This document shows, one piece after another, positions 1 to 15,117 of a stretch of DNA of 64,000 nucleotides; the stretch's first letter is position 1, and each line of letters opens with the position of its first letter. Both the position numbers and the translations under genes were made by a program. A model generated the notes under the pieces. It worked only from the letters and a program-made list of their open reading frames with translations. It did no database searches and was not told the DNA's origin. The DNA comes from Auanema rhodensis (Eukaryota; Animalia; Nematoda), in NCBI GenBank assembly GCA_964057225.1, contig OZ059900.1:6510001-6574000 (forward strand), read 5' to 3'.

Positions 1-1831
1 ATGAAGTCTCCTCATGATGAATAAAATAAAAATGAGCTGTTGGTTTATTGCGTTTCAGCTATGAGTAATAAGGTTCGTAGATTACTCTATAAACGACGAG
101 ACTGCATAGATTTGTGATTATATTATGAATTTTTTTCTCAGAAAGGGGAAGAGCGATATTTTTTTCGAAATCGAACAAACAACTGAGTATTTGCCTTTGC
201 TTTCTTTTTTTTAAAAGAAATTCGAAAATTGTAATTCAATAGTCCATAGGTACAAATATAAACTTGACTAAAACATATTTTCAAAACGGATAAATCAAGT
301 TGCTTTACTTGAAAGTAACCGGCTTTCTTATGAGTTCTTCTTTATTTTCAAAAACTTTACGATGCAATGTAAGAGTGAGATTGTTGTTTTGGCAAGCTTG
401 AACCGCTTAATTTTTGCATATAGGTTAAAAAAACTGCTTATTTTGTGTTTTGTGAAGAAAATCCAAGGCATGACTAAAAAAGCAATACTAGCGTTATATG
501 AGGTGAAAACTTTGAAACAATAAGCATATATTTGAAAATGTGATTGAATTGTGTGAAAAATGCATTTTAACTGGAGAAATACAACACGAACGATTAATTC
601 TTGTACTGCATTACGCAAATAAACATGACTGTACCTAAGACAGTGAATTAGAACAAAAGTAATGAAGCACAAGAATTGGGAAAGCAAGTGAAATCGACAC
701 ATCTTTACGTGAATTGGAGACTGATAGAGAGCTTCAAAGATATACATATATAATAGTGAAGTGTCACAATATATATTTATAAATATCTATCAATAATAAT
801 TTTGTGGTAGTAACCAGATAAGCCAACTTAAGCCGGCTATTGCTGGCCAAAGATTATTATTAGAAGTGAACAAGCAGTGAGAAATATGGATATGTAATTA
901 TACGGCTGAAATGAGTATTTGTGATTCTCTGATATAGCGAACAATAAAAAACAAAAACTATGATATGGAAGTCTTATTGTGAATTGGATAAGCAAATATT
1001 TCTGTTTTTCTGTCAAACAGTTACTCGAAACTTCTATTTTTTAGTTATAACGAATATTCTTCAGAATTTGAAATACAGAATTAAATGTTTCGACTTTTGA
1101 TATTTCCAACCAAAAGTTGGTTATATAAATTATTTTGCCCACAATACATACAAGTTGAAACAGTGGCTTTGGGAATTCAAAAGCATTGAAGTGAATATAA
1201 AGCCAGTTCTCATTAAATTGACTCAGAATTCATAAAGTTAGTGTTAAGTGAAATACGTACAAGCAGAAGAAATATGATAAATGTGCAAAGAAGTAGGTTA
1301 TGATAATTGAGAAAAAACAATAAAGTGATCGAAAAAGTTATATGGTGCAAGCTTAGAAGGAAGAGACCGCATCTGCAAATGTATATGTATGTGTATGCCA
1401 ACACATTATTCTTTTCCTCTTCCATCTCTCCACCCTGTGCTCTATCTCACTTTCTTTCCTATTACTCGTTTTCCTCTATCTCTGCTAATGTTTCTCTTAT
1501 GCGCTCCCAGCGCTGTTGCCACTGCTAGTGAGGTTGATTGTTAAAAGCGGAAACACTGCGACGAAATAACGGAGAAGACGAAGCAATGAGCTAGAAATGA
1601 ATAAGAATAGACAAGAATGTGCAACATTCCAACATGAGCAAAAATGAACAGCTATCTAAATTGTTAACTGCTCTTTGGCCCCGCTACCCAATAAAAGAAA
1701 GAAAATTATTGAGGCTGGAGCGCCATTTCAAAACCTCGCAAAGCCATGAAACACACGAAAAGATGCCTAGAAGAGGATACACACTTTCCAGAAGGCTTAG
1801 CCCCACTGCTGGGCATCGATCGTCAAATGCG

Positions 1832-1892
1832 TGTTATTGGTTGTTGGTCGGTTGGTTGCTTTTTCGGCCAGCCGACTTCAATAAGCCAAACA
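1832..1892 (+). ncRNA. Candidate hairpin RNA (pre-miRNA-like), in the presumed long PI4K2 intron
   Basis: TTGGTTGTTGGTCGGTTGGTTG-CTTTTT-CGGCCAGCCGACTTCAATAAGCCAA gives ~22-25 bp of stem with several G-U pairs that form only on the + strand. No known miRNA recognised. Confidence 0.3.
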
Positions 1893-3631
1893 GGGTAAAC
1901 GAGGGCTATGGATATTATGAAGCTTTGCGGGCTTGACATGCTAATGACGCTACGTCTTCGACGGCCATTCTCTGCTTCTCTGTCTTTGTTGTATCTTTCT
2001 CTTCTGGTCTCTAGTCTCTAGTCTTGACAATTCATTTTGGGTTTGCTTGGTTTGAAACCATTCAAATTAAGCAGATTTTGTGGCTCTTGCATTTGAAAGA
2101 ACTGAAGTTGAGGAATTATTCACTTACCTTTCCGTCTAACCAGGAATTGTCTTCGTAATTCTGATCTGCTATTTGATACCGTGTTTCGAAACTTGACACA
2201 CATATACCCTATTCTTTTGTAATGACAATCGCGCAACTAACAGTTAAAGTAGAACTTTGGCAGCTGCGTTAATATGCTCGTTTTGAAATGTGAGATGAGA
2301 AAGCTGTGAAGTTTGAAGAAGACTGCACAAACTGAATAACCTATTTAGAATATAGTTTTGAATTTTAGCATTTTTATTGTGTTTGGAGACTTTTCAAAAA
2401 TAAGAGGAAAGTAGAAGAACACAAATTATTCAAAATATGCTATTAGTTAACAGCTGTGCATTACTCAAAAATGCAAAATTAATTACTTAATCCGTGAATC
2501 CCAACAGATTAAAAAGTAGTATAAATATCGATTCATGTTACTTATAATCTTTGGAATTAAACTAATAATCGGAAATACGTCCAAATAACTGAAACACAAT
2601 TGCAACGTCCGGTTTGATTAGATCGGATACACTGGATTTATGTGATATGTGATTTCAAATAGTTATTTGGGATTTTTGATTGGTACTATTTAAATGAACA
2701 GTGTGCTTCTTTTGGGAATAGAATGGAAATTTGAATACAAAGTGGTGATAGATAAAATGGTCATTTATTTTCTCACAATTGAAAGATGAGAAAGAAAATT
2801 ACGTGTGTTTTGTGTATGAATATTAGGAGCACATGGTCAGATTGAGGCTAATTTTGAATGCATTTTTGAAAAATATTTGTTTGTGAATTGAAATTACTTT
2901 TATTTTTCTAACAATATCGAAGCTGGCTAACGTAATGAGTTTTTGCAACCTTATAACTGCTGCCTACGACTAAAAATAGGTGAAATATGAGATAGAGGTG
3001 CATTTTTATATATGTTTTCTCAAAACCGCCCATTCAAATGCAACAAATACTGAGCTGGTTCAAAAGCATGGAGCTGTCAAGTAATCTTCTAATAGGATAA
3101 TAAAACATTATTTGAAACTAATTTGCCAAATATTTTTTGTCCTCTCAAATGAAAATTGTCAGTATTATACGTGCACAATGCATGAGATATCAAAGAAACT
3201 GGCTAGAAACTACAATATAGATGATTCTAACACAGTAAGTATTTTATTTTTGAGTTAAGCTGTAATTTGGAAACAATTTCCCTCAGAAATAATTAATGTT
3301 GGAAATGCTGCCTCTCTGTTAAAACCAAAAAAAGTAGAAAAGTCGATAACGGCTCGTTTCGGGCTTAATTAGAAATGCTTCTTCGTTAAAATTTCTTCTC
3401 TAAAAGCATCATTGTGCAGAATAAAATGCAAAGGGTTTTTGAAAAAAGTTTTGCAGCGTTATTGATAAATATGGTTAAATAAGCAAAGCAAAAAATGTCA
3501 TTCACACTAGTGACAAAATTGAAATGAGCCTAAATCGGACGACAAGATGCAGCTAGATATGCATGCAATTGATTGCTTGAAGATGTGCTTAATCGCGCAT
3601 CACATCATTCAGATCAGCTATCGTACTGACC

Positions 3632-3772
3632 AGATGTCCTCTGGGACCAGACCTCATGTCACGTTCTGAATATGACAGATGGGTCATGAAGGCCCTTCGA
3701 TAATCCTATTAAGTATTCGAACATGAGGTACCATCCGGCTGTCATGATATCTCGATTGTGCGGTCTCATGCA
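3632..3772 (-). ncRNA. Candidate H/ACA-like two-hairpin RNA
   Basis: GC-enriched island. On the minus strand: hairpin 3770-3722 (CATGAG...CTCATG), hinge with ANANNA (ATAGGA, 3709-3704), hairpin 3695-3643 (GGGCC/GACCC/TGTCA stems), then ACA at 3637-3635; ~140 nt. Confidence 0.35.
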
Positions 3773-3929
3773 AGTGACGATTTTTCTTGCTCATTGAAAG
3801 AAGATGAGAAGAGAATTTTTAATGTAGAACAAACATCAGTTGTAACATGATTACATTGAAGTGGAATGGTTTAAGGAAACGAAATTGCTAAATAATTGTT
3901 GAGAATTAGAAAGATTGTGACTAGCTGAT

Positions 3930-3949
3930 TGACTGACTGACTGACTGAC
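3930..3949. repeat. (TGAC)n microsatellite
   Basis: tgactgactgactgactgac. Confidence 0.8.
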
Positions 3950-6398
3950 CATCTGCTGTATATGATATGTGTGTACATGACAAAAATTGCTTGATGGCAG
4001 TTTATACAATTAACTGAGCGATTAATGCTGAAAATGCGGGAAAACATAAAGTAATCTTAACCAATACATGTCCTAGAATTATAAGCCGTAGCGCTTCAGG
4101 ACAAGAAGCTTTTTCTAAAACTATAGAGAAAGCAAAGTTTAACATTCAATATAGCGTTAGCTATTCGTCGCAGAGAAGTAAAAATAAACTAGAGGCAGAA
4201 ATCCAAAATTGATTCAGTTAGGGTGAATAGAAATAGGTTTTAGATTGAGAATAAATCAGTCTTGTCAGGAATTGAACGAATAAGCATGTCTGTTTTAGGC
4301 TTTGTTTCAGCACGTGAGTGAAAACAAATTAAAATGTTATAACCTGCCTTTTACGTGAGACAGTTAGAGTAATAGTTCGAATGGAATTGAAGGACGGCTA
4401 AGTGTCTGTGTATGTGAGTATATGAAGTCTGTTTGTGAAAATACACGAATATTGTGTACTCACAAATTTTTGTTTTGAACACTATGACATGGGAAAGTCA
4501 ATGAATATAAAAAGAGCCTAACGTAGTAACATACCTACTTTTCCTTTTTATTAAAAAATAATAAATAAATAAAAAAGAAGTTTTGGTTCTTGCTCACGTT
4601 ATAAATTCGAAAAAAATGAATATTACCAACGGATTTTAAAACTTTTTCACCAATAATGTGCACAACAATCATTATTTCATAGTGTTATGAGAAAACACAT
4701 ACATGTGTCAGTGTTGGTTGTGAATTTTCTTTTTCTTTCGTAATCAAGAAACAAGAGAGAAAACCGGTCAGGAATATTATGAAGAGATACTTTCTATACT
4801 TGTCAATGTCATCCTGTTTTAACTAAAATCTTGTATTCACAACTTTTGTGAAAAATCAGGAAAACCTTAGTTTGAGAGACATGAATTTTAAAATAAAAGT
4901 TCATTCATAATATTTATATTTAGTAAATATGAAAAAGGAGACTAATGGACATTATAGTATCTAACTCTTTTGAATTAATTCAGTAAGTTAATTGCCAGAG
5001 ATATATACTATATATTATAAGAATCAAATACAATATAATAGGTATGATGATATATTCTGCCTAAGAAATGTTTGCATGAAATTATGTGCTGAGAATTTGC
5101 AAAGATCGAATGAAATGAATTTATGCATTTCTATTCACCTTGCCTATTCGGTCACGTTTTTCTCTCACTCTCTTCCTAGTTATCCATGAACCTCAATATG
5201 TTTCACGTTGCTTATGTCTCTTCTCTTTAATGTTCTACTAGTTTTTACGTATTACATAGTCATCTTCATTCATTTTATACATCGTATATGCCGATTGGCA
5301 ACTTTCAATTATTTATGCCGACCTCATTGTCATCCGTTAATAATTGCGTAGCATAGTCAGGCATAGTCAACTATTGCGGTTACTGAGAAATTGTGAACTA
5401 CATTTTTGCGAAATACTAACACAGCAAAGAATTTGGCAAGGTCGCACCCTAGCATGAGGATAGTATTTGAGTTGTTTCAGAAAAATTTTAAGTCATTCAT
5501 GCTCTTCATCTATGATTCTCTCACTGTTCTTACACTCTTTTTTTCTCATAACAATATTCTCGATGAGTCTGTATACAAAAAAATTGGACGAGGTTTCAAA
5601 AGAAAAGGAAAGCAATTCACTAAAAACACATAAATGTTTTGTAAAAACATGATATAAAACGAATACCGGAACAAAAAAAAACAAAGTTTATATTTGGCTG
5701 GTTTGTATTCAAACAATAAAAAGCATGAAGAGTTAGAGCAAATAAAATTCATTATTATTTATATGGAATGCATGGAAAAGTTATATAATATTTGAGTTAT
5801 AATTGAATAAAAGAGAGGCTTGCTCATAAGTCGAAAAATATGAATTAATAGTGAACATGTTACTAGGGAAGAAGCATTGAATCACATTTTTCTAAATTTA
5901 TCGTCAAGAGAAAATATCATTAAGTTGAAAATATGCTTTTTTGCCAACAATACACTTAATAAACTATCCACATATGGCAAAATGAAGAAGCATAAAATTC
6001 AAAAAAATTAAATTATAGCGTTAAACTAGAGCAAAAGTCAAAATGTGAATTATGTCTGGTAATTACATGGTCAGCATAATTAAGTGAAGAAGCATCAAAA
6101 ATGAGACGATGGTCTATTACCAAGTTATTCAATGAGGATGCAATGATGATTGTTGGCCTAACAGTATGATGAAGCGCTAGATAGAACATGCTTTCGCATA
6201 AGGACTTCGATTACTTGTTCCTAGCTGGGTAAAATATCAAGAAAACACAGAGAAATAGAAATAATGAAGTTAACATGAGAAAAAGGCTGGACTAATGCTG
6301 AATAGAATTAAATGCATTCAATACAGCTGACATGAAACTATAAGATAATCGATTAAATTCTGGACACGAATCTAGCATAAATACAAAATATAAAATAA

Positions 6399-8436
<2,038 letters not shown>

Positions 8437-10967
8437 CTGCTATGTCTGTACATACATTGAAAATGTATCACATATTCCGTTGCTGTTTTGCTTATAACTA
8501 TATTTCTCATGTGTTGATTCCGAATATTTATTAGGATTTTCTATTTCACTTCTTCCTATATTCCTTCTTTCTGTCATTTTCTGTTTTTTTGATTGCCCTT
8601 GTTTTGCATATTTGCATGATTCAGCTTTCTTGTAGATGTCACTAATTCGCCTTGAAGCTATATCCCTGTGATTTTACATTATTCTCCCAGTTTAAGAGCA
8701 ATAGGTATCAACGTTTTTCTTTCAAAACAACAACAAACTATCATCGACCGATACTGATCTTTCAAATATATTTATTTATTCGCTTTGAGTCAGCAAGATT
8801 CCGTTTTTCTACATTCTCTTAGATTGTTCTTGTCGAATCCAAACTTACCTGTTCAATTCAGCAATTAATAGGTGTGAAACAGCTCAGTTTTCTTATTCAG
8901 TTCCCTCTAGGTGTTTTTTCTCTCATATAGCTAATTAGATTAACTCCCTAAAGAGGTGAAGAATTATTTCAGTGAGGCTTGACTCAGTTCAAGTATAAAC
9001 ATACTGACACAATCTCATCTCGATTTCAAATTATAACTGAATTTATCGTTATCTTATGCTCTATATTCCCGGTTACAATCGTTGTCCGAATTGTGTCAGT
9101 TATATAATTCTATCATACTTCATTCAGACTTTATTTCATTGTTTAAGCCTTATTTCAGCTGTGTAAATTTAATTTTTATTCTTTCACTCAAGGTTTCAAA
9201 ATGTATCAATAAGTCTAAGTGTTGTTGATAATGATTTCCTTTTTCCAGCCTGGTTCCAACATTATATTTCCTTCTCTCCTCATTCTGTCTTCTCTACTTT
9301 TTCTTCTTTCGTTTAGATTAAAAACATTTTTTCGCTTTCTTATCTTGTTCTATCGAATACAGTTTGAATAACATTCTTTGTATTTTTCTCATCTATATTT
9401 CATAAAGAAAGTTATTTGAATGAATAAAATTAAAAAATATATATATGCATATACGAATATCACCTATTATATTGATAACAATGTATAACAATAACAACTG
9501 TTTCCGTTTTTTGATACCAAATACTTTCCATTTGTTTCGAATGTTCAGCAATTTTTGTATCAGGTGAGTCACATTCGTTTTCAATTCAATCCTCATTTAT
9601 CGCTTTACTATTCAAACGCTGGTTTTGATAATTTGAAAGCATCCAGCATTATTCATAATACGAAAATTTTTTAAACTTCTCACCCTATATAATATTTTTT
9701 TGTTTTCAAAATACTCATTCTCTATGTGATTTAATAACCTACATAACCCAGTTGACTTTCCGGTTTAATCGAGTTCTATTATTATTATCCAATTGTCATA
9801 ATGCCTGTATATTGTCCGGTTGAAGGCCATATTGAGAAACACAACCAGAATAACGCTTGCACATTGTTTTTCATAATCCTCTATCACTCTTTCCTAATGC
9901 TAATCCGGCTATTTTCGCATTCATTTCTTTTTATCTGAACATCTCTTACCCTATAACTTATTTTAATCAGCCTAACTTGTCACTTCCAGATTCGGATACC
10001 ACACCAAAAAAATCCGCTTTCAGTTTTTTACTCTAATTATGTCGAATATATCACATAGATCTATACTATTAATTAACACTTGTTCTTTGTTGCTTCTGAA
10101 GAGAATCTCCACTCTTCTTCATTCTCAACATTTTCTGAAACTCAACTGCGCGGAACTAATTTAATTAATGATTTTCTTGCCGTGTTACAGATCTATTCAT
10201 CACGAATATCTAACGCAAGTTATAAAAAGGAAATAGATATACTTTTGAAATTTCTAGAAAGTTCAATACAGATTTTTTTTTCCAAATGTATGCTTTCCCT
10301 CGATATACGGACTAAGCTGACGTTGATTAAACTTTTTACTTTTCAACAAAAACAATTTTTTCTAATTAAATTTCATACATCAAGTATACAAACATTCTTA
10401 TCAACTTTGGAATCTACTTACTGTTCTTATAGAAATATCTAAAAAAAAACACAAACTATGACCAAGACAGTTTCAGTTCCCTAAAGTGTTTTTTTTCTTG
10501 AAAATTTCTCTCGAAAAAGTGTGAATTTGGAGTTTCCAATGTGAAATAGGCAATCTTTGATTGTTTTTTGGAAATTGTGAGAAGTTCGAAAAAATTTATG
10601 AGAAGTTGAAATAACATTTAACTCAATGACGTGAATAAGGTAAACAGAAACGAAGTTAATTTTTTAGGTAGTTGTTATAGTTACTTTAGGAGATTTCTTA
10701 TAGAAACCATAGAAATTTCTCAACCAACTAATAATATAGGAGCAATTTAGTTTAGTATTTGCAAAACTTGAAAACTCTTAAACGCTTTTTCTTCATTCCT
10801 AATATTGATCCATTCGTAGTTCTTATTTAACTTCCTCATTCGTTGCTCATTATTGATTTTTCTCAATATTTATGTTCATTCCTCAATCGTTTTTTAACCG
10901 ATTTTGTTCATATTTCTCACACTTTCTGTAGTTTGCCGCGCAACTACTTATTTCATCCATAACAGCT

Positions 10968-13099
10968 GGGTCAGGTCATGGCCTTTTCAGCACAATAACA
11001 ACACTTATTCTTATGGCCTAATATTCATATGTTTTTTTTTACTTTTTTCGGTCCAGTATGATGACCTTGTTGTTTTATTTTATTTCTTCCGTTGTTTCCT
11101 GAACATATTTATGTGATTCTCACACCTGTTATCCAAAAATAGGGTATTACCTTAGTTGAAAACAGTGCAAGCTATCGTTCAGATAAGCTATGCCGATTTC
11201 TGGTCATTCGTAATATGAATACTCAAGAAATTGTTTAAAACAATGATTAAAGATTGAAACACTTATACATACATCATCTTCCATTGTTTTTTCGCGTTTG
11301 TTCCAGAATTTGCTTAGACTGTCCTAATTTAGTTGAAAAGTGGATGAAGCAAAAAAAAAGAAATTTCAAAATTTTAAAACGAAAATAAGAAAAAGATGAA
11401 ATATGCTTAGTAAGTAGTGTACTATTCGAAGCTTACGTTTTGTCTTGTCGTATACTTTTTCATTTTTTTTGCTTTTAAGCACTCTTTTTTGAAAGTAGAA
11501 GCTGTCAGCTGGTTATGAAATATTTTAGCAATTTCAAAACTTTGTAGTTAGTGTTTTACTATATTTCCTTCAAGTTGCCCTATAATGACACGTGGCAGAA
11601 GGCCGGGTGTCTACTCGACCTCTTCCTATTCTTCTCAGAACGTATCTATTTCTTAAGTCTCTCAACGATATTTTAGTCCATTTATCATTCTAGTTCTCCA
11701 CATTCTTTATGCTATTTTACATCTGTATAGAGATATATGCATTAAATAGAAATAATGTATATATCTTTTTTCACGAGCAGATCAGCAGACGGTGAAACAC
11801 TGTTGCAGCCATAGTATATTTGTCATTTTGACAGGAAAACGAAATGATGAGAGTATACATAAAGTTAGGATACTCAGAAATATAGAGAAGAGAGAAGAGT
11901 AGTGAGAGGGATAGTCAGATCGTTAGAACGTGGTGGATTTTTAGACAATATAACAGATGAAATGAACAGAGGAAACGAGAGATTACAGTGTATTGAGAAG
12001 GGTCAATAGTTTTTTAACGTAAAAAGATTGAGAGATGAGTATTTGGTGAGCTAGAATCAGAGAGAGGGAGAGAGAAACCTAGACCTGAGAGTGTAAAGAG
12101 TTGTTTGCTTCTGATATGACCCGATTTCTCTCAATTGTCACTCCTCATCGCCCTTCTTTTTTTCTCCTTCTCATCCATTTTATGTCGTAGTCTTTCTCCG
12201 TTCTGGCCAGTTTTTTTCCTGCGCCCTGTCTTTCTATCTGCCTCTCTCTATATCTACCATCTGTTCCCTCTCATTCTTCTTCCATATCTTCTACTTTATT
12301 TTGTCTTGGTTCTCGTTTTCTATCGTTTTCTAGATAGTTCTACGTCTCTTAAATCTGCATTTCGTCAAGTCAGGTTCCTCCCCATTTCTATCAAACTGTC
12401 GTATTAAAAGGGTTCAGTGTTCTGAGACATTTGGTTACTAATCCATTTTCAGCCGCATTAATTGTAAGTACGCTAACTATGAAATAAGTGTATATAAGCT
12501 CTTTTTACTTTATTGAATACCATTATTTGTTTGCAATATGCTTCTTATTTTTTCACAGAATAACTGTATTTTCAATTTCTTATCATGGTTGTATCAGTTG
12601 TTTGCTGATAAGAAATACTCAAAAAACAAACCCATTATTTTCAAATTTATAAGATAAGAAAGAGTTGTTTCACATAAAATTTGTGTGTTGCTATAATTTG
12701 TGTTGTAGACATTGTTAATAGTTCCCGTAGTACTTTTAGTGTTCGATTTCAGCAACAATATTTTTTTGTTTCCGAAATATTTTTGCATCCAAGGACTGGC
12801 AGATGCTCTGACCTTTTTGTCTATAAAAAGATTTGCTTGTGCCTCGCCTTTGTTTATATACAAATCTAAACTTTAATTCATCCAATCTTATTGACTCATC
12901 CTAGCGATGTTTCAAATCATCTTTCTCTCTATTCTTCTCTTATCCCTGCATTTTATTTTTTTGATCACGGCAACTGTATTCGTTAAAAAGATCAAAACGA
13001 TTGACCTGCCTGAGAAGGGGTGGAGTCTTATTGACCAGTAGAGATCTTACGCTGCTGCTGTCTTGGCCTAGTAAAGGCCACATAGCCGCTTGTGGGTCA
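10968..13099. promoter_or_regulatory. Cluster of RGGTCA nuclear-receptor half-sites upstream of calu-1 (NHR-23/ROR-type candidate)
   Basis: RGGTCA or its complement at 10968, 10973, 11062, 12000, 12117, 13002 and 13094. Confidence 0.4.
11586..11597. promoter_or_regulatory. CREB3/XBP1-type element TGACACGTGGCA upstream of calu-1
   Basis: The complement reads TGCCACGTGTCA. A second core, CCACGTGTC, is at 13686-13694. The downstream gene is an ER-lumen protein. Confidence 0.4.
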
Positions 13100-13941
13100 C
13101 AAGGCAATCCGTTCTTGTCTTGGTCATTGTCTCTCGACCTCTTAGTAGTTTTGCCAATTCCTCGCTAATTAAGCGGTTTTTCTTATTTTTGATCTCAAAA
13201 AAATATTTGCCAGATTTATTTGAATGTTATCAATATCGTTCGATTAAGTACAACTATTTTTTATAATAGTTGCACAAATATTTTTTTGGAAAATTTAGTA
13301 TTGGATTGTTCTAAGTTTTTCCGAGTTCTGTTTCAAAACAGTTGCCCTCAGATATGCTCAAGATACTTCTAATATTGGATAGCTTAGTAAAGATAAGACG
13401 TTTAGGTCTTTATCTGTCCGATTTAGTTATTTGTTGTCTGCGAAAGGTGTCAGTCAAAGTCGAACTGCACGTCAATTCGCCCTTGCTCTCTGTCTGCCGC
13501 GCAGCTGATGACTTGTCTCTGCTATGCTATCAAACGTATACAGTTCGCAGTTCGACACTTGCAGTACTGCTGTCCATCAAAACTCATTGTCTCCATATTC
13601 TCAATACGCATTATATTATCTTTTTCATTCTCAATGTCTTCATTTCATCTACTACCGGTCTGTTCGTTGTTGATTATCAAATGATCCACGTGTCGAGAGG
13701 CACGTCTGTTGAGCAGCAGTGCATTAAATTCCTATGCTTTAAGCTTGTTTTCATAATTGTTTATAGAAAAGCATAAATTACAGCTTACTTCTCTGAAATC
13801 ACGTGAAATTTCATTAACGCGTTTATTGAGAGATTAAATTTGTTTTCTCATCTTTTATTTTTCTTGTTATTATTGCAAACTTTACACGATTTTATAGAAC
13901 TTTATTAATCTCTACGTTGCTTTTCAGAGAACGAAGGTAGC

Positions 13942-15117
13942 ATGAAGTGCCTTTTTGTCTTAGGACTGATTGTAGTTGCAGTTGCTGCTCACTCCAGCAC
14001 TGACCCAGAGAAGGACTCTGAGCATCTTAAGGTATATACAGGCTTAAATTATTCTCTGTAATATACGATTCTTAGGGAAAAGAACATGGTGTAAAGTATG
14101 ATCATGAGCAGTTCTTGGGAAAAGATGTTGCCTCTGAATTCGACGAACTCACCCCAGAGAAATCTAAAGAAAGACTTGGGTTTATATTTCTTAGCAAATG
14201 TTTTATATAATTTTTTAATTTTCTAGAAAGCTTGTTCCAAAGATGGATTCTGACAGCGACGGATTCATTGAAGAGAAAGAGTTGAAGGAACACATCAACT
14301 TCATGCAAAAGAGATACGTTAACAACGATGTTGAGAGAACATGGAAGAACTACAAAGATGAGAAGATCGTTGATGGACGTATCAAGTGGGAAGATTACAG
14401 GTAAATATGAACAATCTTTATTAAAACTAACTACTATTACATTTACAGAGAGATGGTCTACGGATCTGCTAATGGAGAAGGACAAGAGCTTGCTCCAGAA
14501 TACAAGAAAATGATTGCTCGTGACGAGAAGAGATGGGCTGTTGCTGATTATGACTCCAACTCCGCTCTTGACAGAACTGAGTATGGATGTTTCATGCACC
14601 CAGAAGATTGCGAACACATGAGAGATGTTGTTGTTGCTGTAAGTCAAATAGTCAATGCTTCACTGAATCAAATGTGAGCGTTTTTCAGGAAACCATCGAA
14701 GACATTGATAAGAACAAGGATGGAGCTGTTGATCTCGAAGAATACATTGGAGATATGTACAGACCAGAAGATTACCCAGAATTGAACGGAAAAGAACCAG
14801 ACTGGGTACAATCTGAGCGCGAAATGTTCAAGGAGCACCGTGATAAGGATGGAGATGGAAAACTCAACGAGGTTTCATTAACATCTCATATCATTATCCA
14901 ATGTATCAATATTTAGGAAGAGATGAGAGACTGGATCATGCCAGTTGGATTCGACCACGCTGAAGCCGAAGCTCGTCACTTGGTTGCTATTGCTGACGAT
15001 AACAAAGACGGCAAGCTTTCAAATGATGAAATTCTTGCTCACTATGACACATTTGTTGGATCTCAAGCCACTGACTACGGAGAGCAGCTTCAGAAGCACG
15101 ATCCTGCTGAGCTCTAA
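13942..15117 (+). CDS. calu-1: Calumenin (CREC-family multi-EF-hand ER Ca2+-binding protein)
   Basis: Exons 13942-14031, 14076-14179, 14227-14400, 14449-14638, 14689-14871, 14917-15117. Signal peptide [16 protein letters not shown], then [10 protein letters not shown]-hands ([48 protein letters not shown]), [10 protein letters not shown] and C-terminal HDPAEL. A TTTTCAG trans-splice-like acceptor at 13921-13927 lies just before the ATG. Confidence 0.96.

Noticed and set aside
3724-3746. TGAGGTAC... resembling a let-7 family miRNA
   Set aside because: Position 8 differs from the let-7 family (GAGGTAC vs GAGGTAG) and the hairpin is poorly paired for a pre-miRNA.
14102-14647. 181-aa minus-strand ORF
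   Set aside because: Antisense shadow of the calumenin exons.
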